Below are positions 1 to 13,329 of a DNA stretch of 64,000 bases, one piece after another; positions within the stretch are counted from its first letter, which is position 1, and each line of letters starts with the position of its first letter. The translations under genes were made by a program, and so were the position numbers. The DNA lies in NCBI GenBank assembly GCA_002189035.1, contig NEEC01000020.1, positions 1,302,001 to 1,366,000 on the forward strand, written 5' to 3'. This stretch comes from Utricularia gibba. Its lineage: Eukaryota; Plantae; Magnoliophyta. The notes under the pieces are model-generated. The model made no database searches. It worked only from the letters and a program-made list of their open reading frames with translations, and was not told the origin of the DNA.

Positions 1-1248
1 TCGTGCAGAGGTTAGTGCGCATAGATGCTAGCGCACGCAGAGGCAAGCAGGCACGCATGCGTGTGCGTGCAGTAGGACATCAGCGCGGATTGTGCATGAA
101 TGGGACATGCTCTCAACATATGTGGGATATGGTATAGTTGGTGACACGCATGACATGGAGAGATATGGAAAGATTTGGCAAAGACTCAATCAAGGGAAGT
201 TCCTAATCCAAGGGAAGATCAAATCTCGCTAGATATGGAAGATATGGTCAAAGAAAGAAGTTTCCTATATTTAAGAAATCGAATCTTAGAGATATGGAAA
301 TATCCATAAGGGGGATCAAGAGGAGCCTAAACTCTATAAAAGGAGAAGGGTCGAAGCCTTCCTTCCCCTCCCACACTCCCACATCACGAAGGCATCAAGG
401 TAAAGGGCAGCAAGGCGAAAGGCTGATGGACCGTAAGGAGGCAAGGAGGGGAAGAAGGTGCTTTGATCTGGTAAGGGGTAGTCCATATGGTTTTAAAGAC
501 AAACATGAGTGTTCTATTGTATCAAGGGCATAGATCAAGGGTATAGTGAGTCAAGGAATGTATGACCGATGCCAATCAAGGAGAGGGAAGGGGAGATGGC
601 TACCCCAACCCAAAGGCAATGCGCTTACGCGGGATTCATGCCATTCAAGGGAACCTACGGGTTCAATCAAGGGGGCATTGGTCAGTCAAGGGATCGAAAG
701 ATCATCAAGGGAAGACCTTTGGGTCGATCAAGGGTCAAGGAAAGGGTCTTAGGACCACCATCGATTATCGTTTCTTCTTCTTTACATGTTTATATGGTTA
801 AGGTCATGTATAGTACATGATTAACCCCTTATAGGTCTTGTAAGGACGTACGGGAATGAGAACATGGATGGGTAGGCAGGGTGGATGGCGAGGATGAGGC
901 AGTCGAATGATGGTGGTCAAGGGAGTACTTGAGACGCGTCACGTGAACCATATATGATTTGCTTCTTTCCTATTCTTCTCCTCTTGTTTGGACTCGACCC
1001 TTTTTGGCTAAGTATGAATGAAAGATTATTTTTGATGTTTTGCTAACCTCTATGCCTAGGACCCCACATGTGGATAGACATGACGAGAATAGACACTGCA
1101 CGTGGGTGAGATTATACCAGGCATGCACACAGGATGTGCAGCATAGGATACCTTGCAAGCGGAGTGTGATGTTGCGATCACGATACAAGCGTGCACGGTG
1201 ATGGTCCTTCCAAGTAGGGTGTCGTCGAGGATCATTACACCTCGTCAT
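1..1248. mobile_element. Probable LTR-retrotransposon LTR/UTR fragment carrying many TCAAGG(G) motifs
   Basis: Non-coding; about a dozen (A)TCAAGG(G) motifs between ~190 and ~740; CTATAAAAGG TATA-like motif near 333; GC content falls sharply near 1350. Family not identified. Confidence 0.4.
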
Positions 1249-1579
1249 GTTTTGAGCTAGGGTCGAGCTAAAGCCGAATTATACAAAGAGATGATATTAC
1301 CCTAGTCCGATTATTATTGGATCGGGCTAACCCTATTCGTCGTAGGGGTGCACCATTTAATAAATAAAATATTTTGAAAAATTATTAAATAGTAATATAT
1401 ATTTAATATTATTTAATTAATTTATAAAAAACTAATTTAAAATTATTATGTGATTTATTAATTCATATTATTTATCTAAATAATAAAATAGTGTATATAT
1501 AATGAATTAAAATTAAAATTAATTATAATTATAATGCATAAAAATTTTATTTTTAAGTTGGCCCTTCCTGTCGAGCTTT

Positions 1580-1707
1580 TGGGCCCTAAACCCAATCAGC
1601 CTTAAGGGCTTCGGGCAAAAAAGCCCGAAGAAATTTTGGGTCATCTATTTACAAGTCCAAGCCCAAAATATGTTGGGCCGGTTCGGGCCAACCCACGGGT
1701 TTGGGCT
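1580..1707 (+). promoter_or_regulatory. Site II (TGGGCY) cluster in the proximal promoter of the topoisomerase gene
   Basis: TGGGCC 1580-1585, AGCCCA 1660-1665, TGGGCC 1674-1679 and TGGGCT 1702-1707, just upstream of a GC-richer putative 5' UTR. Site II elements are established TCP-bound motifs of organellar and housekeeping genes. Confidence 0.55.
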
Positions 1708-2328
1708 TAGATTTTCATCTCTAACTGAACCTTAGAAAGCCGAAGGTCTCCTCTTTTTTGTTAAACTCGACGGCTGGCGTAGGCGTCCACCAGATTCCCG
1801 CAATCTGCAAAGGATTTCCGAAGTTCCGTCGCGCCCCATCCTTTCGGGAAAGCCGCGACATAGTATGTGGCAGTAACCCGCAAAAGGGCTTCCCAAAAGT
1901 ATTCTTACTCCTTTCGTGTGTCTGGAAATCCTCTGTCTTTGCCATCGGCCGGTCTACTTCCCCTTGCATTCACTGGACTCCAAGCCCCAGCGCCGGTCGC
2001 CATCTACTCCTGCTCGCAACCAAACAAGGTACACCAATGCTTATCTGTAGATAAACTGCTGCTGAAAACTAACTATAATTGCTTATCAAAAACAGTTTCT
2101 TCATCCAACTACATTCTCCAACTGCTGCTTTCCACCAACTTCCAGGCAGGTTTAACTTTATTATTCAACACCACAGACTGAATCATTAGGTTGGAAACTT
2201 TTGTATTTAAGTCTTGTGATTGCTTGTTTTTCCACAGAGTCATATCCATTATTCAATGTAAACCTTATCCATAGTGATGACTACATTATGTTGTGCATGG
2301 ATTAGCGTGTAAGGAGTGTCATTGAATA

Positions 2329-5300
2329 ATGGATCTTCAAGCCATGCATGTAAATGTAGTGAGGGTTATTGGAAGGACATGCTCTAATAGGCAAATTACA
2401 CAGGTTTGACTTTTTTTTTTCACTTTTTCTTGTGATTTTAATTTGTGTGACACAGATGTACTGGATACTTTTTTAATTGAGTGTGTGATGAGATGATAAC
2501 CTTTGGTTGCCTCTTCTCTTATTCATAGCTTTCTTTTGCATTCCTGCTTATTCTTTCAGTGGCAGAACCATTCGATCAAGTTTTATCCTCGGATCTGCTT
2601 TAAGTGTTCATTTTCGAATTCACATGGGTGGGCTACTCATAGAGTTAGAATACCACTTGCCCTCAGAGCTAAGTCTGAAAGGAAGATTCAGCACTTTAAT
2701 AGTCATTGTGATAAACCTCACATGATTGACTCATTCAGATTGTGGGGACATTCTCGATGTGAGCTTTCTAACATAAGACTTGGTGTGAATTACAACAAGT
2801 TAAGGATGATGAGTGGACAGCACTCAACTTATTTTTGTAGTGTCATCAGGTCATTTTGCCGCATTGCAGTATCAGGCACTCGAAATCAGGTTGTATGGAC
2901 AGAAGGTGACGTGGATGGTTGTGATGAGGTGGATAGTAGTAGTTCTTCCAAGTCCAGCAGTGATGTGCCTATGAGAGGTTCTGAACACAATGTAAATGGT
3001 TTTCGAGATACCACATGTTCTTATCCAAAAAGCAAGGACTTTGAGAATTCCATAGCAGCTGAAACAACAGAAAAATCTCGAGGAAAAACGAAAGCTCAAT
3101 CTAGAAGCAAGAGCAAGAAGAATCAATCTTTGGTAGCTAGCGCTCCAGCACTTAAAGCAAAAGTTGCAGTTTTGTCTGGAGAAGTACCTCTAAGAAACAA
3201 GAAGGAGAAAAGCACTGTAATTCACTCGCAGGTTTGATATCATCGTTTTTGTTCATTCACATTGGCACACTCTTTCATAGTATGACCTGCAAAATTTTTT
3301 CCAGGTTACTTCATCTTCACATTTGGTGACAGAACTGGCCGATAGTGATGTTATTACTGAGAAGCAAAATGATAAGTTACCCAAGAGCCCGACTGGAAAG
3401 AAGAAATCCAAATCAAAAGCTGCTGCATCCAATACAAAAGAGAAGCACAATGCACAAAGCAAAAAATCGTCATTGGGGAAAACTCCCCTGCTCACGCATA
3501 AAGCTAAAATTCCCATTGTAAATTCATCTCACCAATTATATCCTCCTACTACTAAATCTCTTTTGGTGGTTGAATCGTTGACAAAGGCAAAGGTCATTCA
3601 AGGATATCTTGGTGAAATGTTTGAGGTGGTTGCAAGCCATGGACATGTTAGGGATTTAGCTGCAAGATCAGGATCTGTGCGCCCTGATGATGATTTCAGT
3701 ATGTTGTGGGAAGTCCCACATGCTGCCTGGTCTCACCTTAAGAGTATGAAGGTTGCACTGAGTGGGTATGGTTCCCTGTATTTTGTATACCTATTCTGTT
3801 TCGTTTCGGCCCTAGAGTACTTTTTTTTTTTATTTCAATCATTTGGAGATTAAGTCAATGTTATTTCTGGATTCCTTCTTGCATATGCTGGCGTTCTTTT
3901 TTTTGTTTTTGTTTTGTCTACTTGCATTATTCATCATCTCTTGTCATCTAAGTGGAATTTGTGTATCTGGATGTCTTTTTGCTTAAAATAGGGTAAAAAA
4001 TCTTATTCTTGCAACGGATCCTGATCGGGAAGGTGAGGCTATTGCATGGCACATAGTCGAGATGCTAAATCAACAAGATGCTTTGCCTACAGATGTCAAT
4101 ATTGCAAGAGTGTCTTTTCATGAAATTACTGAATCATCCATTAAAGCTGCGCTGCAGTCTCCGCGTGAGATAGATGCGGATTTGGTCAATGCATATCTTG
4201 CAAGGCGTGCACTTGATTATTTGATAGGTTTTAATATTTCTCCACTATTATGGAGAAAATTACCTGGTTGTCAGTCAGCTGGGCGTGTTCAATCTGCTGC
4301 GTTGTCCCTGATATGTGACAGGGAGAAAGAAATCGATGAATTCGTCGCCGTGGAGTATTGGACTGTTAATGCTGGTTTTCAGGAGGCATACCCTAATTCT
4401 ACAGACAGCATGTATTTCTCATCATACTTGACCCATTTTGATTCCAATAAGCTCAGTCGGCTTTCCATCAGCTCCGATCTTCAAGCAAAAGGTATTGAGG
4501 AAAAGGTCCATCTTTCCAAGTTTGTAGTTACTGATTCCAAAACCAGCAAAGTTCATAAAAATCCCCCCGCCCCTTTTATTACCTCAACACTTCAGCAGGA
4601 GGCTGCCAACAAGTTGAACTTCTCAGCATCACATACAATGAAGGTTGCACAAAAGTTGTATGAAGGAGTTCAATTCTCTGATGGAAAAGCTACAGGGTTA
4701 ATTACGTACATGAGAACTGATGGATTACACTTATCAGATGAAGCAGCGAAGGATATCCGATCCTATGTTGTGGAAAAATATGGGGCATCTTTTGCATCAA
4801 AGACTACACGGAAGTACTTTAAAAAGGTGAAAAATGCTCAAGAGGCGCATGAAGCTATTCGACCAACTGATATACGGAGATTACCTTCAACTCTTGTTGG
4901 GGTGCTGGATGAGGATTCGGTAAAGCTGTACACTCTCATTTGGTCTCGTACAATGGCATGCCAAATGGAACCTGCGGTCTTCAAGCAGATTCAGTGTAAT
5001 GTTGGAAATGAGGATCGGTCTATTATGTTTCATGTAGCAAGCTCAATGGTGGACTTTATTGGATTTCGAGCTGTATATGAAGACACGCAGACCTTGAAAT
5101 TTAGAGGTGAAGATGAGGATGAGCACAGTGATCAAAATGATGATAAATTGTTTGAAATTTTATGTAACTTGAAACGTGGTCAACCATTGACCCTCGTTAA
5201 AGTTGAACTTGGTAAACATTTCACAAAGCCACCTGTTAGATACACTGAGGGATCATTAGTAAAAAAGCTGGAAGAACTTGGGATAGGAAGACCTTCCACT

Positions 5301-6663
5301 TATGCGGTCACCATTAAGGTTCTCAAGGATAGAAACTACATTGTGGTGAAAAACAGGACATTATATCCAGAATTTCGAGGACGAATGGTCTCTGCATTTC
5401 TGTCACATTATTTCTCTGAGGTGACAGATTACAGTTTCACTGCAGATATGGAAACTGAACTTGATAATGTTTCTGCTGGAACTACAGAATGGAAGGGGCT
5501 TCTTAGTGATTATTGGACTAGATTTGAGAAGTACTGTGAGAGTGCTGGCAAGCTCCAAATCCGTGAGGTGGAGAAGATGCTGGAGAAGACATATGGTGAC
5601 TTCTTGTTCTCCTCACTTCATAATAGAAACAGAAAATGTCCAGGTTGCAGCGATGGAACGTTAGTTTTTAAAGTAAGCAGGATTGGAGCTGGATATTTTA
5701 TTGGATGTGATCAATACCCAAAGTGCAAGTAAGAAGATTTGTAATCCGTTGGATTTCATTTCGAGTGCTTGCTTACTTCACATTGTCCAGGATATTGTGA
5801 CAGAAATAAAGATGCAGGTATATAGCTCAGACGCTCTATGGTGATGATGATGACGAAGTAGATTACCAACCTCAAAAGCCTGTTGAGGAGCCAAAGCTGC
5901 TTGGTTTGTACCCAGGATCAAATGAAAAGGTCTTGCGCCTGAAAAAACAAAACCTCGCCTTGACAGTGCATTCCTATTTGCTTTGACTACTTTTTCCATT
6001 GACTTGCTTCTGATTTTACTCATCTCCTTTAGGTCCTCCTAAAAAATGGTCCATTTGGGCACTATCTTCAGCTTGGTGATGACAGAAAAGGGCATACACC
6101 CAAGCGAGCCTCTTTGTCACAAGTCTGTATTTTTTATTAAACGGAAATCCCTTCAACATTTCCCCAATCTCTTGCATTTTACAACTCTCTTAGTGAAAAC
6201 CTGGAAATCCTATGTTACAGGTCAAAGATGTGAACTCTGTCACATTGGAGCAGGCACTGGACTTGCTCAAGTATCCTATTACCCTGGTTCGTGTGAAAAT
6301 TGTACACCACCTTTCTTCCTTGTATTCTCTCGATGCGATTATTCGGTGATTCTTTTGTTTCAGGGAAACCACCCAGATGATGACCGACCAGTGATTTTAA
6401 GGCTTGGAAAGGTTGGCTTCTCCATTAAGCACAGGCGCAACATTACCTCTCTTCCGAAGGTAAACGCTTTGGCCGTATGAAAATCTTGATTCATTCTCGG
6501 TGAAACCGTACAAATTGGCTCTGAATTTCGTTTGCAGAACATGAAACCCGAGGATGTCACTCTGGAGAAGGCTGTAAAACTGCTTCAGGGGAAAGACGTT
6601 AGGAGAAGCGGAAGACCGAAACGCAGTGAGCAGCAGCTAAATGAGACTGTGGAGGTCTTCTAA
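2329..6663 (+). CDS. topA: DNA topoisomerase type IA, bacterial TopA-like, probably organelle-targeted. Inferred join(2329..2403,2560..3231,3305..3765,3992..5728,5818..5929,6033..6122,6221..6286,6364..6459,6538..6663), 3435 nt, 1144 aa
   Basis: TOPRIM motifs LLVVESLTKAK and ATDPDREGEAIAW; SAGRVQS; catalytic LITYMRTDG; AQEAHEAIRPT; GIGRPSTYA; zinc ribbon CPGC...GCDQYPKC; C-terminal repeats GPFGHYLQLG and VTLEQALDLL. All 8 introns are GT-AG and keep frame. The first exon and start codon are the least certain part. Confidence 0.93.
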
Positions 6664-8184
6664 ACGTCACCCTTTATACAGCATGAGGTCTGCGGTGTTT
6701 GCAGCAATGCTCGAGTTTTTTTGAAATAGCAAACGATGTTATTTTTATTCCAAGAATGGTTAATTTATTCATATGATTATAAATTTGACTTGATCATTTT
6801 AATTTAATGTAGTTCAATATTTTTTTTATGTGAAATAAGAATTATTTAAACATGATTTGTTACATTTGATATGAATATCATAGATGAATAATAGAATACT
6901 AATTGTGAATGAGAATTTAAAATTATTCTAATATAAAAAAAGAAGTGTAAGTTGATCATTTTATTTGAAATAAAATGAATATGTTTTATAATTGCCCTAT
7001 ATATTTATATAATATACATTGAAAATCAAAAATTGTTTTGAAATGTGTAAGATATTCATTGTAATTAAGAATAAATAAAATAATCTTTAACTCTTATTGA
7101 TATTTCATCCTTGTGATTCTAGTTATTAGATTGTTAGACTAACCTTCACCTAACAAGCACGAGTGAAGTATTATATCCAACATGACTCATCATTAAAATT
7201 CTATTCTACTATCTACAATCATGGAATATGTCTTTTAATTACATCTTGTTGCCAGAAAACTTATGTGCTAACATTAACCTGGACTATCGACAATCAACTG
7301 ATCTAGATCACCTCCTTTGCATTTTAAACTAGGAGGGAACAAGGCCAACCCATTAATTTATGGCAATTCCTCTTATTTAGGAATTTGTATATTTTTCTTT
7401 GGTATAAAGATTGTTGGTATAGAACCATAATTGATGTTCTATGAATGATGCTTCTACATGCATGTTTGTAAATAACTTCGAAAATATTTTGAACTGTTAA
7501 CAAATGAAGAAGTATAGAGTAAAAAAAACACTCATTTATCCAAGATCATCTATTAACTACGATCACACTATAACTAGTTTAGATTTAAAGTTACATTTTC
7601 TTTTTTAAAGAACAATTGGTAGTTTCCTCGATCACAATCTTATAACATGTAACATATGCCTTCCTCCATGTGTTATGTACAGTATATTGTCAATGTAAGG
7701 AGAGAGAGGACCAATCCATGTATTGCACTTTCATCTACTCTTGCTAAACTATTTTGAAAGCATATCATTCATCTTGTCTAATTTCATGATAAGCTCTTTA
7801 TATTTCTCATTTTTAATTGCACTATTAAGTGACTCTGAATTGTTATTGGTGAGCAAGGAATATTAAGATTTCTTGTCAAAAAATGAATAGCACTAGTGTT
7901 GTGTATCAAGGTTGTTAAGGTACTCATACGCTGAATGAGAGTTACTCTAGCTATTTCATTTTTCTTTTAAAATGTTGTTTTGTTGTTACTTTTTTAGAAG
8001 CCTAAACTCTTCCACTAATCAAATTTGTCAATTCTATATTATAAATTCTCTATATATTTTTTTAGAACATACAAAACACAAAGACACAATAACGCATTTA
8101 GAATTAATGACATCCAAAAGAGTGTTCATCGCATTCGCTATAATCTCAAGTATATAAAGATAAAAACATTTGGATAGTTAGAAA

Positions 8185-8630
8185 AAATCAATACTTTTAT
8201 ATTTGAGAGAACAAACTTCAATATTAGGATTATAATACTTCTCCTATAAGGTATAATTATAAATGTACTTTCATCGTTTTCAGTAATTTCATAATTTCAT
8301 GATGTTAGCTTTATAAACCACTTTTTGCTTCAAAGATTCTCTTCTTTGACTTTACCTCACATTAATGGAAAAACACCGATAAATAGATTAGAACTCATAA
8401 CAACTATGACTTTCATCTTCTCCAATAATTCCATAATCTCATGTTGTTAGTTTTATAAACCACTTCTTGTCCCAAAAGTTATCTTCTTTGACTTTATCTT
8501 ATATTAATGGAAAAATCAATACCTTTATATTTGAGAGAACAAACTTTAATGTTGGGACCAAGACACTTTTTTATGTATGACATAATTATAAATGTACTTT
8601 CATCTTCCACAATAATTCCATAATCTCATG
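8185..8630. repeat. Degenerate local direct duplication in AT-rich intergenic DNA
   Basis: ATCAATAC(T/C)TTTATATTTGAGAGAACAAACTT at ~8187 and ~8516; a CTTTCATC...ATAAT(T/C)TCATG block at ~8268, ~8409 and ~8597. Confidence 0.55.
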
Positions 8631-9481
8631 CTAAGTACCCCGCGGTTTGCACATTGTTAAACCATATCCACAAAACCGTATGATGGAAAATTATGTTTGA
8701 TATACAAATTGCATAATGTGTAGTAATAATCATACCTACTCTCAAAATTTTGCCTTCCATTCTTATCCCCACAATCTACTATCATAAGTTCTACATAATT
8801 CATTTCAATGGAAATTGTGTATCTCACATATTACCTCTTTATTCACTTATAATATGTTTGATAGGAAGTAAAAATGAGGATAATTAAATGGGAAAAGAAA
8901 AATATGGCATTTGGGGTAGGATAAATTATTTAAGAGCAAAAGTTCTGATATGAATATGATATAAAATAACGGGAGATGAGAGATTGAAATAAATCTATAC
9001 CTACTGTAAAAATTCCATTTTACCCTCAAATTTGTAAAATCTTTACAATGTTGTTTTCGCTTTGCAGCGTTAGATTTTAACACTCCAAGCCAACAAAGGT
9101 TAAAATTTGTCTCTTGGTGATATATTTGGATTGTATTTCAATGATTTTCAATAAGATGAGTATCAATTTACATGATTAATTGAATGTTTTTCATTCTCAA
9201 TTGGTTAGAAAAACATACAAATTGTTTCAGTTTCGAAGGTAATGAAATTTGATTATTGTGAAAATTATGGGTTTAGATGTTGATCAAATTTGTTTGATGT
9301 TGTATAAATATTGAGTTCTAATATTGAAGAAATTTGATTGTATTGTATGAATATTTACTTTCAATTGTTGAACGAATGATTTTTTTTTCTTGTTATTTGA
9401 ATTGTTAGGTACCATAGCTAATAGGGAACAAATAAAGCACTTTTGATTGTTATTGTGTGAATTATTCTTATCTACACAAGA

Positions 9482-10510
9482 ATGCATTATACGAATTGCA
9501 TTGATATTTTTTTGCTACATAAACAACTTAGCCAACCCAGATTACCAACAAGATACACAATGTTGATAAAATTCCAAAACAAGTTGAATACAAGAATAAT
9601 ATTGGTGAGCGATTTTAGAGGTGTTGTTCATGATAATCTATGTCTACAAATGAATACTTTAAATAAGCTATGTGTTTTTCTACAACATCATAATGGGTTG
9701 AAACCAAGTACGCATGTGAGTGTTCAAGAAATAATGAGATCCTTTTTAGAAGTGCTTGCACACGATAGGAAACAATAAGAGCAAAAGTTGCATTTTTATT
9801 GTTTTACCAAAACCATGAATTGATGGGTTAATGTTGTACTCCAAGCAGTACTAAAACTACATAAAGTTATATTCATCAAGCCTCGTCAGATAATAGATTC
9901 TCGCCCATTTAGCTATTTTGAGATATGAGTTTTTATGTCAAAGTTATTGCTCAAGTTTTTGAATCTTTTAATTATTATGATTATGTATTTCAAAATTACC
10001 TTGAAGCTCTAGACAATACCTTTATAGATGTAACAGTTAAGGAAGTAGAGAAAGTTTATTGAAGAACATGCAAAAGAACAATTGCAACAAACGTATTTGA
10101 GGAGTGTAATGAAGATATGAACTTTATATTTATTCTTATTGGTTGGGAGGGATTAGTGGCTGTTAAGTTCTTGATGATGCTCTTACAAGATAGCCTAGTT
10201 TTCGAGTGCCATGAGTGATGTATGTATATACATTAGCAAAATTAACTTGTTTGTAGTGAAAAATAAGAATTATATGCTATTCGCTAATTGATATGTAATG
10301 AATTTTCAAGAATTTGTATGTATAAATTGTAAATCAATACTATCTTGTGGACTGTGGTTACTCAAATAGTGAGAGCTTTTTGACACCGTATAGAGGCATT
10401 CGATATCACTTGAAAGAATGAGGCCAAGGCAACCACGAACTGCAAAACGAGCCAAAACACTTCAATATGTGACACGTTAAAGTTAGAAACGTAATTGAGA
10501 GTGCTGCGTA
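9482..10510 (+). pseudogene. PIF/Harbinger DDE transposase remnant
   Basis: ORF 9482-9778 (LCVFLQHHNGLKPSTHVSVQEIMRSFLEVLAH) resembles the Harbinger transposase N-terminus. Later fragments read GWEG (~10141), VDCGYSNSESFLTPYRGIRYHLKE (~10345-10415) and FNM*HVKVRNVIE (~10465-10500), with stops and frameshifts. Confidence 0.7.
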
Positions 10511-11339
10511 ATACTTCTCATCAACATACACAACACTTCATTCTATTAGATAGAACGGTAAATAAGAGTGATTTTGGCATGCACAATATTACATAACCGT
10601 ATTAGTAGAGAAATGGATGTTGATCCATTCAAATCTATAGTAGGTGAGAAATATAATGAAGAGATTATCAACAACCATATTAGCACAATAGAAAACTTTA
10701 CAAGCTTGGACAGCATGGCAGGATAACCTAGCATGTAATATGTATTAACAATGATTGTTGAGACGACATTAAAGACTTTGTTGTTTGTATTTGAGTTTAT
10801 TTTTTCACTTTTAAAAACAAGTAGTTGTTTTTGCTGCTGATATATTTTCTCGTGCTGAGTTGCTACTTTCAGCATGTTTCTTTTATTGTCAAATACTTCT
10901 TAGACTTGATAACAATAAAATTTATTAAGATATGATAAACTAGATCACTTTGTTCACCCTCATTCATAGCTAGGAAATAACTGAACTTCGCTAGATCATT
11001 GAATAGCTTAGATGAAATAGCAAGTCGGCTAGTAACACTTATTACCATGCTAGAAATGATAGCACTGACTTTTTTCCTTTTATTTATGTCAACACCCAAC
11101 ATTCTTGCTGTGTCCCGTTTATAGATGAAAGAGCCTCAAGTTGATCTTTTAATCTAGTTATGTGAGGAATAGTGTCATCAGGAGACTTCTGTTTCACTTT
11201 CTGTTCATTCTCGCCACTAGATACATGCACACTAGTAGCGGATGAATCACCAAAGGAAGACAACAGTTCTTGTGAAGTTGTAGCAATATCTTTCCTTTTT
11301 TTTGGTCTCTTGTATATTCTCCAACCCTATAGATTATAT

Positions 11340-11830
11340 ATCTTCATCTATGACTTGATCACCATCAGCTCAATTTTTCCCAAAAATGTCACACCAATCT
11401 TCATAGAACAAGAAAAGATTTGTTTTTCATAGCTTAAAACTTGGCCTTGTTATGCTTCACCCATAACAGTAAGTAACTAAATACTCGTAATAAAAAAGTA
11501 TTAAATTTATTGAATAATATTACCGTAAGTAGTTCATTCTACTACTCTATATAGTATCCTCAATTTTATAATTGAGTTGAAATTATTACTAGATTTCAAA
11601 AGAAAATCATGCACCATGATTCACTCCTTTTCTCAGATCTTAATCGTTGATTCGATGTGTGGATTGGCCCTTAAGATTGTAATTTGGAAAGTTCGATTCA
11701 TTTATTTCTTGAGGGTGTATAGGTAGTTGACTCTAAACCATTCTCACACTAGCCTCCATTCACTTTAAAATCCTTGAAACAACATATGAATGCTATTTCC
11801 TCTGCTAGTGTCCAAATATGATGTTGTCGC
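11340..11830 (-). pseudogene. PIF/Harbinger Myb/SANT-like second ORF remnant, convergent with the transposase
   Basis: Minus strand reads WTLAEE...G*CENG...LRANPHIESTIKI (~11640-11820) and FYEDWCDIFGK (~11375-11410), motifs typical of the Harbinger DNA-binding ORF. Confidence 0.65.
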
Positions 11831-13329
11831 TTTGATTTCCAGCTAGTATCTTCCATTGGAATAAGAGCAACGATGGCTTCTAGAAAAGAACGACAATTGG
11901 ACAACCAAGAGGATTTTCGGGTTATTTTAATAAAAAAAGGGTAAAAAAGTAAATTTATAAAACTAATAATAACTTATTTTATTCTACTTTTACCAAAATA
12001 TATTAATCGCTACACAAAATACAATCCTATCATATATTCTCTCTTACTCCAAATAAAACTTATTCCAAGTAAAACTTATTCATGTAATAAATACACTCTT
12101 ATAATTAAAGATGTTAGATTAGTCCAACGTCTTCTTCATGTGTCTTTTCCTACTTTTAGCCTTAGTGAGTATGATCTCCATTTTTTAAATAGTTTGGATA
12201 TCATTGATCATTTTTGTAATTTAAAGTTAGGATATTGGTTGACTTTTTGCACACATTTGCTAACTAACCAAATTGATTTAAGATAACAATTTTTCTACAT
12301 AAAAACGAATTTAAAAAAATGTTGTGTGGCAATTGAACAACAAAGATAAAGAAAATAATTATACATACGCTAAATAAAAACTGATATACAAATCAGTTGA
12401 TATTTTTTCGTGATTTTGCATAAACTAGCAATAAATACTTACATACTTTTATAGCTTGACATTGCATAATCAATCTTCTTAAATCACATTTCTATAAGGA
12501 GTTTTAATTCAAGAATCTCTTTATTTTGTTTCTTGCTTTTGAAGTAAAGACAATTTCTACACAAAAAAGAAAGAAATAGTTGATGAAGAACAATAATGTT
12601 GACCAATCTAACATTTCACTTTTTACATATACTAATTACTGATGTTGCCATCCAAATTTAGTGTTGAAAAATAAAATTTGATTGTTGGTGTTCCCAAAAG
12701 GAATTCCCTTCTTCTCATTCAACATATTAATAATTGGAGTCAAGTGGTCACAAATTGTAAAGAAAATTGAGTTGGTGGGTGCAAGATGTTTTGGGGGAAG
12801 CTATTTTGTAATTCCTTGGTGATGGATTATAACAAATTATAGGATACGATCATTGATGGAATCTATTATAGGGATTGAATTGTGAAAGTTTTGTTGTAAC
12901 CCAATTTGGAGAAGACAATTACCTAATACAAATCTCTAATGCTATTAGTCAAAGAATAACGATGATGGTAAACAATGTTAAATTTTGATCACAAAAAACT
13001 TTGGTCATTATATTTGAAGAGATATAGAATTATGATTAAAATAGATGATTAATGTGTTCACTATTTCAATAGATGATTCAAAACTTAAAAATGATAACGT
13101 ACAAAATATTTGAACCAAAAGTCATATTTATGAAATATTGTCAAATCCATTGCACAAAATGAGATTATAAATATGAGAGATATTTTATAATTACTCATAA
13201 AAAATTGTATTAGGTTAAAATTATGTGCACTGTTCTTTCCACATAATGATGAAAATCTAATAATTTTTTGTATTAATTCATTTGTTTTCATTAAAAATTT
13301 CAAACAATTACAGAGTATATTTTAATTTA

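Noticed and set aside
1320-1350. TGGTGCACCCCTACG on - as a possible PBS, or TAGGGGTG as a hAT TIR
   Set aside because: No matching LTR end, partner TIR or TSD was found.
2329-6663. Horizontal transfer of a bacterial topA, or a dead processed pseudogene
   Set aside because: Spliceosomal introns, a long Ser/Lys-rich N-terminal extension, a plant-type promoter and an intact frame fit the native nuclear gene for the organellar enzyme.
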